A stretch of DNA of 64,000 nucleotides from an uncultured Rhodospirillaceae bacterium (GTDB taxonomy: Bacteria > Pseudomonadota > Alphaproteobacteria > SP197): NCBI GenBank assembly GCA_937880925.1, contig CALGGB010000095.1, positions 4,782 through 68,781 on the forward strand, read 5' to 3'. Positions 54,929 through 64,000 of this stretch are shown here, one piece after another (position 1 is the stretch's first letter; every line of letters starts with the position of its first letter). The notes beneath the pieces were generated by a model. It did no database searches, was not told the DNA's origin, and saw only the letters and a list, made by a program, of their open reading frames with translations. Made by a program: the position numbers and the translations under genes.

Positions 54929-56971
54929 TCAGTTGAGATCGCGCGGGATCGCCTCGTTCCAGCTCTTGCCATAGACGCGCCGCTCGTTCTCGAAGGCTTC
55001 ACAATCGGCCCAGAACAGCCAGTCGTCCTTCGAGCAGGCAAGCGTCGAGCGGGTTTCACTCCGCACGTCGAACCCATCGGAAGGGCGTCGGAAACGCCAG
55101 GTGATTTCAATCGCAATGCGCGCCGAGGTCGGATCGCCCTCGGTGATGGAGAAGCGCTGTTCGACCCGCGCGCCGACCTCCCAGCCGTCCAGCTTGTTGA
55201 AGCGGTTCATGCCGCCGTCGCTGATGACGGTGACGCAGGCATGGCCGGTGGTGTCGTCGCGTTCGACACGGCGACTGTAGCTGCCGGGAGCAAGCCGCGA
55301 GACGTCGACCGGGCGCGCGCTCTCGGGCGGGCCGAAGGGGCGCAGCTTGCCGTCCTCGTCGCGCGGCTGGCGCGTCGGCAGGGTAAGCGTGCTGGAACCC
55401 GTCGCCATGGTCACGGTGACGGTCTCAGGCGAGGGCCAGAACAAGGGCCACAGGCTGTTGGAGAGCGCCACGCGGATGCGGTTGCCCGCCGGAAACTGCT
55501 GGGCGATGTCGTTGAGCTGGATGCGCACGCGATAGCTTTTGCCCGGTTCCAGCGGCTCCGGATTCTCGTGGCTGTCGCGGTGGGTAAGGTTGAGCACGCC
55601 GTAGGTGACGCGTGTCGAGGCGCCGTCGGGCGCCACACTGGAGAGACGGGCGACGACGAAGGCGTTGGGCTTGTCGGCGCTGACGTCGAGTTCCAGCACC
55701 GGCGCGCCCATGATCTCCAGCGGCGCCTCCAGGGGGGCGGTCTCGAAGACGATGGAGCAGCCGTCGTCCTCGCGCTGATCGGCGGGGCTGTCGGGCACCA
55801 GGCCATAGCCGCACCACTCGCCCTGGCGCAGGCCCATGGTCATGGGCGTGCGGATCAGTGCCGGCGCGCCGTCGACGGCCAGGTCGCCCAGGCGGCCGTC
55901 AGCGTTGAGGTGCAGGGTGCGCGCCTTGATGCTGGGCGAGGGCCAGCTCGCCTCCGCGACCCAGCGGCCCGGCCGCTCGGCGTACCATGTCGCAGGCGCG
56001 ACATGGTCCTGCATCCACACCCGGTATTCCGGCTCGTCCATGATCCCGGTGTCGATGTCCTTCAGCCAGTGGTCCCACCAGCGCAGGGTATCCTGCAGAA
56101 AACCGATGCGCGGGCCGGGTACGGCAAAGTGCGGGTACTTGTGCGCCCAGGGGCCGACCAGACCCTTCTTGGGTCCCTTCAGGCCGGCAAGCAGGCGCGG
56201 CACGGTGTTGGAATAGCCGTCGGCCCAGCCGCCCACCGCATAGACCGCGGCTTCGATGTCGGCATGGTTCTCGATCACCGAGCCGTGCTGCCACATCGCG
56301 TCGCGGCGCTGATGGGGGAGCCACTGCAGCACCCAGGGATCGTTGGCCTTCAGGCGGTCCATCCACAGCTCGCGCCATTTCTCGCCGACCAGCTTCGGGT
56401 CGGGCGGGCGGGTGTTGAGCCCCAGCATGGTGGCGCCCCACGACATGGTGTCGTTGATCATGACGCCGCCCATGTAGTGGATGTCGTCGCTGTAGCGGTC
56501 GTCGGTCGAGGCGATGGTGACGATGGCCTTCAGCTCGGGCGGGCGCCGCGCGGCGACCTGCAGGCCGTTGAAGCCGCCCCAGGAGATGCCGATCATGCCG
56601 CACTTGCCGGTGCACCAGGGCTGGGCGGCGATCCACGCCAGGATCTCCAGCGCATCGTCCTGTTCCTGTTTGAGGTACTCGTCCTCCAGGATGCCGTCGG
56701 ACTCGCCCGAGCCGCGGATGTCGACGCGCACACAGGCATAGCCGTGACCGGCGTAGTAGGGGTGGGTCAGTTCGTCGCGGTCGGCCGTGCCGTCGCGCTT
56801 GCGATAGGGCAGGAACTCGAAGATCGCGGGCACCGGGTCGGTTTCGGCGTCCTCGGGCAGCCAGATGCGGGCGGCCACCTTCACGCCGTCAGACAGGGTG
56901 ATCCAGGCGTTCTCGATCTCGCGCACCTTGCGCGGGTACTGGGTCACCACTTCGATGTCGTCGACGGCCAT
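54929..56971 (-). CDS. CocE/NonD family hydrolase (S15 X-Pro dipeptidyl-peptidase fold)
   Basis: 680 aa. Nucleophile region GISWGG. Family-typical N-terminal alpha/beta domain plus C-terminal beta-sandwich. Confidence 0.75.
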   Translation of the reverse strand: MAVDDIEVVTQYPRKVREIENAWITLSDGVKVAARIWLPEDAETDPVPAIFEFLPYRKRDGTADRDELTHPYYAGHGYACVRVDIRGSGESDGILEDEYLKQEQDDALEILAWIAAQPWCTGKCGMIGISWGGFNGLQVAARRPPELKAIVTIASTDDRYSDDIHYMGGVMINDTMSWGATMLGLNTRPPDPKLVGEKWRELWMDRLKANDPWVLQWLPHQRRDAMWQHGSVIENHADIEAAVYAVGGWADGYSNTVPRLLAGLKGPKKGLVGPWAHKYPHFAVPGPRIGFLQDTLRWWDHWLKDIDTGIMDEPEYRVWMQDHVAPATWYAERPGRWVAEASWPSPSIKARTLHLNADGRLGDLAVDGAPALIRTPMTMGLRQGEWCGYGLVPDSPADQREDDGCSIVFETAPLEAPLEIMGAPVLELDVSADKPNAFVVARLSSVAPDGASTRVTYGVLNLTHRDSHENPEPLEPGKSYRVRIQLNDIAQQFPAGNRIRVALSNSLWPLFWPSPETVTVTMATGSSTLTLPTRQPRDEDGKLRPFGPPESARPVDVSRLAPGSYSRRVERDDTTGHACVTVISDGGMNRFNKLDGWEVGARVEQRFSITEGDPTSARIAIEITWRFRRPSDGFDVRSETRSTLACSKDDWLFWADCEAFENERRVYGKSWNEAIPRDLN

Positions 56972-57058
56972 GTTCGCTTTCCCTGATCTGTGCGGCGCGA
57001 CGCTAGACCTGCCGTGGCGCGGCGGTCAAACGCCGCGGCTGTTTCCAGACCCGCGGCG

Positions 57059-57090
57059 GACAAAAAGAGAGGGACCGGCGAACCGGTCCC
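57059..57090 (-). terminator. Rho-independent terminator (minus strand): GGGACCGG-CGAA-CCGGTCCC followed by TCTCTTTTTGT
   Basis: Perfect 8-bp GC stem plus a T-tract on the minus strand, about 190 nt downstream of the TPR gene stop. Confidence 0.6.
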
Positions 57091-57275
57091 TCAGGCAAGG
57101 CAGGCGGGGTCGGATCGCAGGGACGCGATCCTGGGTTCGCAAGGGCTGCGATCCCGGAGCGGCGCCCTCTGGGAATGTGCGGTGGGCGGTGGCGCCGTCG
57201 GAGCCGACTTTGAGGGGCGCTGGTGACAACGTGATGTCGGCGGGATGACGATTTCGCCGCGGCGGTGGAAGAGAT

Positions 57276-58952
57276 TCAGGCGCCGCGTTCGCCAAAGAGC
57301 AGGGTGACGTTGGTGCGCCGGTTGCCAAAGCCCTGGCGAAAGGCGAAGCGGTCGGAACGGTGGAACATGTTGGAGCCGAAGAGCACGGCCCGATTGGGCC
57401 TGTGCGCCACCGTGACCTGCTCGGCATCACTGAGGAACGCGCCGATGCGCGTCTTCACGTCCGGTGCGTTCTTGCGCAGGTTGATGTCGGTCCAGTCCCA
57501 GTCCAGCGGCTGCTCCTTGGCAAAGAGCACCAGGCCGCCATGATCGGGATCAAGACTGGCGTCCTCCGGCCCGATCCAGAAGTTGAAGGTGACCGCGGCG
57601 TCATCGGTGTGGGCCTCAACGCCGTTGCCCTCCGCGCCGTAGCGATAGACCCACATGTTGTGCAGGTGGCGCCCGCCCAGCACGGTCGGCATCAGCGCCT
57701 GCAACTCCTCCGCGATGCGGTAGAGCAGGCTGCAGGCAAAGCCGTCGGCCATGTAGGAGGTGACGTAGCCTGTCGCGTTGTGGCCAAAGAAGATGGTCGA
57801 TTCCCGGCAGAACCGCTGCAGCGCCTCGTGCGCCTGTGGGGAGAGGAAGCCGTCGATCGCCGTGATGGACGTTGGGCTTGCCAGGAACCCTTCCTCGATC
57901 GCACGCCAGTCGTTCCCGGCGCCGATCGCGGCGCCGCCTTCGATGTCGACATCGGCAAACCGTACCGCGTGTTCGTGCATCCCGGCGATGGCCTGGGCAG
58001 CCTCGCCGTCCAGCACCTGGGGCTTGGCGGGATCGAGCCCTCGTAAATCCAGCTCGGCAGCGCCGGCATCGTAGAAACCCGCGGCATCCTCCCAGCTCGG
58101 TTCAAGCAGCCCCATGCCGATCATGTGGCGAAGCTGCTCGGCCGCATCCACCAGACGTGCCCGGCAGGTGCGCAGGCTGGTTTCTGGTCCTCCCCGCACC
58201 AACGACGGATCGAAGACTCCGGGATCGCTGTGCAGTGGCCCGCGCCGCTCGGCGAACATCGTGTGGAAGGTGGTGTGCGCCTGCGCGTACTGCCGCAGTC
58301 CCAGTTGCGCCGTCCCGATGTTGTTGCGCGCGCTGCGCATGGCGCCGTCGCGTTCCAGTGCGCGCCGGTAGCAGGCGATCGCCGCGTCGAAGCGCTGTTC
58401 GTCCTCCTCGATCGTGCCCTGCAGGAACCAGGCCTCGGCGGGCGGACTGTCCATGGTCAGGACCGGCGCCAGGGTCGCGGCAGCATCGCTGCGTCGCCGG
58501 GCCGCACATTGCAGACGGGCGAGGTTGATGCGCGCGGCGACATGGCCGGGATTGGCTGCAACCGCAGCGGTAAAGGCGTCCTCGGCTTGCCGGGGGGCCT
58601 CGCCCAGGAGCAGGCCCAGGTTGTTCCAGGCATCGGCGAAGTCGGCCTTCAGGCGCACCGCCTGGCGATAGGCATCGATCGCCGCGTCGGTCTGACCGGC
58701 CCGGCTGAGCGCCAGACCATGATTGAAGCGGTAGAGCGGACGTCCCGGCGCTGCCTTCACGGCCTTGCCCAGGTGGTCGAGGGCGTCCCGCGTCCGGTTC
58801 TGTGCGAGCAGCAGCAGGCCGCAGCCGTGGTGGGCGCCGGGGTGGCCGGGAACCTTTGCCAGCACCTTCTCGTAGAGCGCGCGAGCGGCCGTGGCGTTGC
58901 CGGCCTGATGCTGTTGCTGGGCCTGACGGAAGGCGGCCTCGACCGGGTCCAT
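57276..58952 (-). CDS. TPR-repeat protein with C-terminal putative 2OG-Fe(II)-oxygenase-like domain
   Basis: N-terminal TPR repeats. C-terminal HTDD...FNFWI...H arrangement resembling HxD...H. Confidence 0.5.
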   Translation of the reverse strand: MDPVEAAFRQAQQQHQAGNATAARALYEKVLAKVPGHPGAHHGCGLLLLAQNRTRDALDHLGKAVKAAPGRPLYRFNHGLALSRAGQTDAAIDAYRQAVRLKADFADAWNNLGLLLGEAPRQAEDAFTAAVAANPGHVAARINLARLQCAARRRSDAAATLAPVLTMDSPPAEAWFLQGTIEEDEQRFDAAIACYRRALERDGAMRSARNNIGTAQLGLRQYAQAHTTFHTMFAERRGPLHSDPGVFDPSLVRGGPETSLRTCRARLVDAAEQLRHMIGMGLLEPSWEDAAGFYDAGAAELDLRGLDPAKPQVLDGEAAQAIAGMHEHAVRFADVDIEGGAAIGAGNDWRAIEEGFLASPTSITAIDGFLSPQAHEALQRFCRESTIFFGHNATGYVTSYMADGFACSLLYRIAEELQALMPTVLGGRHLHNMWVYRYGAEGNGVEAHTDDAAVTFNFWIGPEDASLDPDHGGLVLFAKEQPLDWDWTDINLRKNAPDVKTRIGAFLSDAEQVTVAHRPNRAVLFGSNMFHRSDRFAFRQGFGNRRTNVTLLFGERGA

Positions 58953-58957
58953 CAGGG

Positions 58958-59857
58958 TTATTCCGCCGCGGCGGCCGGGCGGGCGAGCGCCAGCATGGCC
59001 TGGCCCATGTCGGCGATCAGCGTTTCGATGCAGGCCGCAAGCCCGGCCATGCCCGGGCCGCGCACCAGGGCCTTTTCATCCATGTAGAGCCCCCGGTTCA
59101 TCTCCACCTGCACGGCGTGCAGGCCCACCTCGGGCCGACCGTAGTGTTCGGTGATGAAGCCGCCGGGATAGGGATCGTTGCGCCGCACCGTCAGGCCGCT
59201 GCGGCGCAGGCTGGCGCTGGCGGCCTCGGTCATGGTGCGGTCGCAGGAGGCCCCGAAGCGGTCGCCCAGCACGATGTCGACCCGGGCGCGCGCCGCGCCC
59301 TCGTGGCCGACCGAGGGCATGGAGTGGCAGTCGATCAGGCAGGCCGCGCCGAAGCGTTGCCGGGTTTCCTCCAGCAGTTCGGCCAGGGCCGCGTGGTAGG
59401 GCAGGTAGCAGCGCTCCAGGCGTGCGGCGGCCTCGGCCACGGGCAGTCTGGTGCGGTAGATCTCCGCCCCGCCGGCAACGACACGCGGCACAGTCCCAAG
59501 GCCCGAGCGCACCCGTGGGCTGCGGCTGTTGACCGGGCCGCTCAGCGCACCGTCGAACATGGCGGGATCGAGCTCGAAGGGTTCGCGGTTGACGTCGAGA
59601 TAGGCGCGGGGAAAACGCGCCACCACCAGGGGGCAGCCCAGCTCGGGCGCGCGGGCCACCAGCTCGTCGACAAAGGCATCCTCGGAGCGTCGGATGGCCT
59701 GGGCATCCAGGCGGCTGGCGGAAAGGAAAGCTTCGGGATAGTCGCGCCCGCTATGGGGCGAGGAGACGACCACGGGCAGGCGTTGCCGTTCCGGGCGCCG
59801 GATCACGACCCGGGTGGGGTCGGTGTCGGCTTCGCTGTCGTTTGCGCGCGTCACCAC
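58958..59857 (-). CDS. N-formylglutamate amidohydrolase family protein (HutG-like)
   Basis: 299 aa with family pattern (VVSSPHSGRDYP...DVNREP...IDCHSMPS). Confidence 0.7.
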   Translation of the reverse strand: MVTRANDSEADTDPTRVVIRRPERQRLPVVVSSPHSGRDYPEAFLSASRLDAQAIRRSEDAFVDELVARAPELGCPLVVARFPRAYLDVNREPFELDPAMFDGALSGPVNSRSPRVRSGLGTVPRVVAGGAEIYRTRLPVAEAAARLERCYLPYHAALAELLEETRQRFGAACLIDCHSMPSVGHEGAARARVDIVLGDRFGASCDRTMTEAASASLRRSGLTVRRNDPYPGGFITEHYGRPEVGLHAVQVEMNRGLYMDEKALVRGPGMAGLAACIETLIADMGQAMLALARPAAAAE

Positions 59858-59955
59858 ACCGATTTAGACTAGCCCCATGGTGATGTCATCCCCCGGCTCC
59901 AGGGCCTCCGTGGCCCGTCGGCGGTCCCCTCGGGCAGAGCAGGACTGAGCGGGCG

Positions 59956-60315
59956 ATGGCACGCATCCTTCTTGCAACCCAGGATGACGTGCTGCGCGGC
60001 TACATTTCACGGCAGTTGACCCGCATGGGCCACGGCGTTCTGCCCGTCACCTGCCCGCGCGAGGCGGTCGGGTTGCTGATGCCCGGCGCCTTTGACATCC
60101 TGATCGCCCAGGCCGACATGGACGGGGTCGATGGGCCCGAGTTCGCCCGCCGCGCGGCAGCGGCCGTTCCCGGCCTGCGCATCTTCTTCCTGGAAGGCTT
60201 CCGGGTCCTGCCGCTGAAGGAGGGCGCCCGCACGGTGCTGGCCGACGATACGCTGGAGCCCGCCTTCCATCTCAACCGTCTGGCCCATGTGATCGACAAC
60301 CTGCTGGCTGCGTGA
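59956..60315 (+). CDS. Single-domain response-regulator receiver-like protein
   Basis: 119 aa. CheY-like acidic pocket (ATQDD) and DILIAQADMDGVDG. Atypical spacing, so it may be a degenerate receiver. Confidence 0.4.
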   Translation: MARILLATQDDVLRGYISRQLTRMGHGVLPVTCPREAVGLLMPGAFDILIAQADMDGVDGPEFARRAAAAVPGLRIFFLEGFRVLPLKEGARTVLADDTLEPAFHLNRLAHVIDNLLAA

Positions 60316-60351
60316 TAGGCGGCAAACCCTGATTTCCCGGACGGCGGAACC

Positions 60352-61521
60352 ATGAGCGAGACAAGCCCCTTTGCCCCCATCGACGAGGCGATCCGAGCGA
60401 TCGCCGAAGGCCGGATGCTGGTCGTGGTCGATGATGAATCGCGCGAGAACGAGGGTGATATCGTGATGGCTGCCGACAAGGTGACGCCCGAGGCCGTCGC
60501 CTTTATCGCCATGCATGCCCGCGGCCTGCTCTGCACGCCCATGGAAGGCGAACGGCTGGACGAGCTGGACCTGCCCCAGATGGTCTCCAACAACACCGAA
60601 AGCCACAGCACGGCGTTCACCGTCTCGGTCGACTACCGTTACGGCACCACCACCGGCATCTCGGCCTCGGACCGGGCCAAGACGATCCGGGCGCTGGCGG
60701 GCGACGGCGGCAACCGCGACGTGCGCGGTGGTGATTTCGCCCGGCCGGGCCACATCTTCCCCCTGCGCGCGCGCGAGGGTGGCGTGCTCACGCGTGCGGG
60801 CCACACCGAGGCCGCTGTCGATCTCGCCCGCATGGCAGGCTGTTATCCCGCCGGCGCGATCTGCGAGATCGTCGAGCCCGACGGCACCATGATGCGCCTG
60901 CCGCGGCTGATCGAATTCGCGCGCGAGCACGGCCTGCTGCTGATCTCCATTGCGGACCTCATTGCCCACCGGCGCAGCACCGAGAAGCTGGTCGAACTGG
61001 TCGAGACCGAACCCTTTGCCACGCGCCACGGCATGTTCGAGGCGCGCATCTACCGCAGCCTGATCGACGGCACCGAACACCTGACCCTCGTCCACGGCGA
61101 TCTGCGCAAGGCAAGCGACGTGCTGGTGCGCGTCCACAGCGCCAGCGCGCTTGATGACGTCTTCGGCCCGCTGCGCGGCAACGGCCGCAGCCTGGTTGAC
61201 CTCGCCATCGAACGGATCGCGGGCGAGGGGGCAGGGGTCTTCGTCTATCTGCGCGGTGCGGAAGGCTGGGGACTGGGCCTCAACCGCAAGCGCATCTACG
61301 ACCAGGACGACAAGGAGACCAACCTGCTGACCGGTTCGGACTGGCGCCAGTACGGCACGGGTGCGCAGATTCTCTACGATCTGGGCCTGCGCTCCTTCCG
61401 CATCCTGACCAACAATCCCGCGCATTACCGCGGCATCGAGGGGTATGGCCTGACCATCACGGCCAAGGTTCCCTTCACCGAAGCCGCCGCCACCGAAGCG
61501 GCGCGGGCCGGCGGAGATTGA
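60352..61521 (+). CDS. ribB: 3,4-dihydroxy-2-butanone-4-phosphate synthase fused to a GTP-cyclohydrolase-II-like domain (RibBX type)
   Basis: N-terminal DHBP synthase signature (ENEGDIVMAA...). C-terminal GCHII-like fold lacks the Zn-binding cysteines. Confidence 0.8.
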   Translation: MSETSPFAPIDEAIRAIAEGRMLVVVDDESRENEGDIVMAADKVTPEAVAFIAMHARGLLCTPMEGERLDELDLPQMVSNNTESHSTAFTVSVDYRYGTTTGISASDRAKTIRALAGDGGNRDVRGGDFARPGHIFPLRAREGGVLTRAGHTEAAVDLARMAGCYPAGAICEIVEPDGTMMRLPRLIEFAREHGLLLISIADLIAHRRSTEKLVELVETEPFATRHGMFEARIYRSLIDGTEHLTLVHGDLRKASDVLVRVHSASALDDVFGPLRGNGRSLVDLAIERIAGEGAGVFVYLRGAEGWGLGLNRKRIYDQDDKETNLLTGSDWRQYGTGAQILYDLGLRSFRILTNNPAHYRGIEGYGLTITAKVPFTEAAATEAARAGGD

Positions 61522-61588
61522 GAAGGGGCAAACGCCCCTGTTGCCAAGCGCGTCGAGCTTGGTTATGTACCGGCCTCACCCGAGGGAT

Positions 61589-61663
61589 GGGCGCGTAGCT
61601 CAGCGGGAGAGCACTACGTTGACATCGTAGGGGTCACTGGTTCAATCCCAGTCGTGCCCACCA
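61589..61663 (+). tRNA. tRNA-Val (anticodon GAC), CCA encoded
   Basis: GGGCGCG acceptor stem pairs with CGTGCCC. Anticodon loop TTGACAT. T-arm GGTTCAATCC. 3' ACCA. Confidence 0.9.
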
Positions 61664-61757
61664 TCCTTCTCCTTGAAATCATTGAATAATTTACCCTAGC
61701 CTCTGGGCCTCGCCGCCCGGCGTTTCGTGCCGTGTAAGCGCGATGTAAGCGCGGCGG

Positions 61758-61788
61758 GCAAAAAGAGAGGCGAGCCCGAAAGCTCGCC
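61758..61788 (-). terminator. Terminator-like motif (minus strand): GGCGAGC-TTTCGG-GCTCGCC followed by TCTCTTTTTGC. Near-copy of the motif at 57059-57090.
   Basis: Read directly. No intact minus-strand gene is upstream of it. It lies among IS remnants. Confidence 0.4.
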
Positions 61789-61992
61789 CTTCGGTAACGA
61801 TGTTTCGGCATAGCGCACGCTGGGCCGCTCAACGATCGCCAGTGGACCCCGGCACGCCCAATAGATCATGACCCAAGGGGGAAGCTTGCCGCTGCTATCG
61901 GCAACACAATCGAAGATCGCGGGATCGGTCGCCGCGTCCAGGTTGGGGACATTCGCTGCCGCCAATGCTCGGGCTTCAGCTGGCGTTTCAGC

Positions 61993-62290
61993 TTGCATCC
62001 AACAGTCGAACGTCGAGAGCCCATACTTGTCGATGACCACGCCCGGGAAGCTCTGGCCCTGGTGTTCGACACCTCGATCGGAGGTCGACGCCTGGCCCGG
62101 GAGCTCGACATCCTGATCGCCCGACGCCGCAGGCCCGTGATTTTCGTCAGCGACAACGGTACGGAGATGATCTCGCGCGCCATGCTGGAATGGGCCAACC
62201 GCACCGGAGTGGCGTGGCACTACATCGCACCGGGCAAGCCGATGCAGAACGGGTTTATCGAGAGCTTCAATGCTCGCCTTGCCGCAGTTG
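61993..62290 (+). pseudogene. IS3-family transposase (OrfB integrase-core, rve) C-terminal fragment
   Basis: [85 protein letters not shown] matches the DDE integrase-core C-terminal block (SDNGxEF...PGKPxQNGxIESFN). No N-terminal half and no OrfA. Confidence 0.6.
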
Positions 62291-62651
62291 CCGCAAGCAC
62301 AACGGCACGGCGGTGGTGGCGCTGGCGGGCTACAAGGACGATCAGGTCTCCTGGTCGGGCGACAAACGCCAGATCTACGCCTCCTCGCCAGGTCAGCGGC
62401 GCGCCTTCTGCGGCAAGTGCGGCACGCCGCTGACCTGGGAAGGCGACGGCGGCAAGCTGGGACCAATCTTCGAACTCCACATCTCCACCTTCGACGAACC
62501 GGACCTGCTGGTCCCCACGGCCCACGCCTTCGAGCACGAGCGCATCTCCTGGTTCGACGTCGCCGACAACCTGCCCCGTTACCAGGGGTTCATCGACGGC
62601 AGCGCGCCGCTGCGCCACGGCCCGGTCAAGGACGGCCTGCCCCAGGGCTGA
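62190..62651 (+). pseudogene. GFA-family (CENP-V/GFA) protein, N-terminally truncated remnant
   Basis: C-terminal FCGKCGTPL and CxxCRK blocks are present. The N-terminal CxC module is absent. The 5' part of the ORF overlaps IS3-derived sequence in another frame. Confidence 0.45.
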
Positions 62652-62756
62652 GTCGGCTTCAGACCTCTTCGTTGTTGATTTGCACTGAGAGTTGACCCGG
62701 GATTTTCATCGAGAAGTGACCCGGTTGGAAGATAGTCCCGCGGAGCGGGCTGTTGT

Positions 62757-63578
62757 TCAAGGTGGTGATTTTTCCTTTCGTGTTTTTGGCGCGGCGGAGC
62801 TGGCCCTGAACCGGAAGCTGTCATTGCCGGTCTCGAGGATGTGGCAGTGGTGGGTGAGCCGATCGAGCAGTGCGGTTGTCATCTTGGCATCGCCGAACAC
62901 GCCGGCCCACTCGCTGAAGCTGAGGTTGGTGGTGATGACGACGCTGGTGCGCTCGTAGAGCTTGCTGAGCAGGTGGAAGAGAAGGGCACCACCTGATGGG
63001 CTGAACGGCAGGTAGCCCAGTTCGTCGAGGATGACGAGATCGAGGCGCAGCAGTCGCTCGGCGAGCTGGCCTGCCTTGTTCATGGCCTTTTCCTGTTCCA
63101 GCGCATTGACCAGATCGACGGTGGCGAAGAACCGGACCTTCTTGCGGTGATGCTCGACCGCCTGGACGCCGAGTGCGGAAGCGATGTGGGTCTTGCCGGT
63201 TCCGGGTCCGCCGATCAGCACGATGTTATCGGCGCCATCGATGAACTCGCTGCGGTGCAACTGGCGGACCATGGCTTCGTTGACCTCGCTGGCAGCGAAG
63301 TCGAAGCCGGTCAGGTCCTTGTAGGCCGGGAAGCGGGCGGCCTTGATCTGGTAAGCGATGGACCTGACCTCGCGCTCGGCGACCTCGGCTTTGAGCAGTT
63401 GGGAGAGGATCGGCACAGCCGTATCGAACGCCGGTGCTCCCTGCTCCATGAGGTCGCCGACAGCCTGGGCCATGCCGTACATCTTGAGACCGCGCAGCAT
63501 GACCACGACGGCGGCACTGGCAGGATCATGACGCACGGGCGGCCGCCTTCCTGCGCAGCATGTCGTAGCGTGCGACAT
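62757..63578 (-). CDS. istB: IS21-family helper ATPase IstB
   Basis: Walker [10 protein letters not shown], Walker [11 protein letters not shown], IstB C-terminal block. Likely true start at M 63500 ([10 protein letters not shown]...), overlapping the istA end. Confidence 0.85.
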   Translation of the reverse strand: MSHATTCCAGRRPPVRHDPASAAVVVMLRGLKMYGMAQAVGDLMEQGAPAFDTAVPILSQLLKAEVAEREVRSIAYQIKAARFPAYKDLTGFDFAASEVNEAMVRQLHRSEFIDGADNIVLIGGPGTGKTHIASALGVQAVEHHRKKVRFFATVDLVNALEQEKAMNKAGQLAERLLRLDLVILDELGYLPFSPSGGALLFHLLSKLYERTSVVITTNLSFSEWAGVFGDAKMTTALLDRLTHHCHILETGNDSFRFRASSAAPKTRKEKSPP

Positions 63579-64000
63579 TGGCCTTGGGTTCGCGCCGCAA
63601 GCTCAGCACCTGTGGGGCATCGATAGCGGCGAGGCTGGTCGGCTTGCCGTCGAGCAGCCGGTGGAGGATGTTGAGGGTGTGGGTCTTGGTCGGCACGCCG
63701 GCCTCGAGCGCCAGTTCGACGGCACAGAGCACCGCCTGCTCGTCGTGCTGCAGGACAAGCGCCAGGATCTCCACCATCTCCCGGTCACCACCGGTGCGCT
63801 TGAGCAGATGACCCTGCAACTGCCGGAATGCATCAGGCATCTCAGTGAACGGCGCTCCATTGCGCAGGGCTCCGGGCTTGCGCTGGATCACAGCCAGATA
63901 GTGCCGCCAGTCATAGATCGTGCGCCCTGGCAGGTGATGGGATCGCTCAATAATCCGGCCATGCTCGCACAGGATCTGCCCCTCGGCGGCGATGACGAGC
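63526..64000 (-). CDS. istA: IS21-family transposase IstA, C-terminal part (5' end outside window)
   Basis: The frame is open to the window edge. C-terminal region typical of IstA precedes and overlaps istB. Confidence 0.75.
   Translation of the reverse strand, partial: LVIAAEGQILCEHGRIIERSHHLPGRTIYDWRHYLAVIQRKPGALRNGAPFTEMPDAFRQLQGHLLKRTGGDREMVEILALVLQHDEQAVLCAVELALEAGVPTKTHTLNILHRLLDGKPTSLAAIDAPQVLSLRREPKANVARYDMLRRKAAARAS

Larger units (their letters stand above)
62700..64000 (-). mobile_element. IS21-family insertion sequence, partial (right end, istB and 3' part of istA; continues beyond the window)
   Basis: istA C-terminus plus istB, with a direct repeat of TGACCCGG near the putative terminus (about 62725-62760). 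Confidence 0.7.

Noticed and set aside
61696-62466. 256-aa minus-strand ORF across the IS3 remnant region
   Set aside because: No family similarity. It is antisense to the recognisable rve-domain fragment and the GFA remnant.
1-64000. CRISPR arrays, rRNA genes, additional tRNAs
   Set aside because: I found no regularly spaced direct repeats with unique spacers. I found no rRNA-like conserved stretches. Only one cloverleaf (tRNA-Val at 61589-61663) was recognisable by eye.

Overview
High-GC (about 65-70%) chromosomal segment, alphaproteobacterium-like, densely coded on both strands. Most long ORFs in the track are antisense or overprinted artefacts of the GC-rich frames. I kept only ORFs whose translations show recognisable family signatures. 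Housekeeping and accessory-metabolic genes occupy 0.2-16 kb: prepilin peptidase, TraB/GumN, a PotF-like binding protein, ADP-forming acyl-CoA synthetase, a TetR-Rieske oxygenase fusion, a tandem-duplicated acyl-CoA dehydrogenase, GDPD, a GGDEF sensor, dihydroorotase, GST and an SMP-30 protein. From 16.2 to about 43.5 kb lies a large catabolic island. It opens with a dipeptide-type ABC importer (family-5 SBP-BCDF, '+' strand). Next comes an operon of SIX tandem genes, each a fusion of TWO ectoine-synthase (EctC)-like cupin domains (12 EctC domains in total), with an embedded GcvT-like aminomethyltransferase. Divergently transcribed from it is a cupin plus THREE tandem AstE/AspA-family (DoeB-like) deacylase paralogs. 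The island continues with an SDR, an arylsulfatase, a polar-amino-acid ABC importer (Ehu/His-like), a class-V aminotransferase, a beta-lactamase-fold protein, two tandem PhyH-like oxygenase paralogs, a second SDR, an AhpD-like protein and an alpha/beta hydrolase. I consider the EctC-like and DoeB-like paralog array the most likely undescribed system: a candidate DoeA-independent pathway for ectoine-type cyclic amidine or N-acyl-diamino-acid compatible solutes. Further on are a TAXI TRAP receptor, a DgcN/DgcA-like D-glutamate module separated by a three-hairpin spacer, a tenA gene trailing an SBP-less peptide-type ABC importer, a tandem GFA protein, a CocE/NonD hydrolase, a TPR-oxygenase protein, HutG-like, a receiver-like protein and RibBX. 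The window ends with tRNA-Val(GAC), followed by an IS3-family transposase remnant, a truncated GFA gene and a partial IS21-family element (istA/istB) running off the window: a typical tRNA-adjacent insertion hotspot. I found no rRNA and no CRISPR array.
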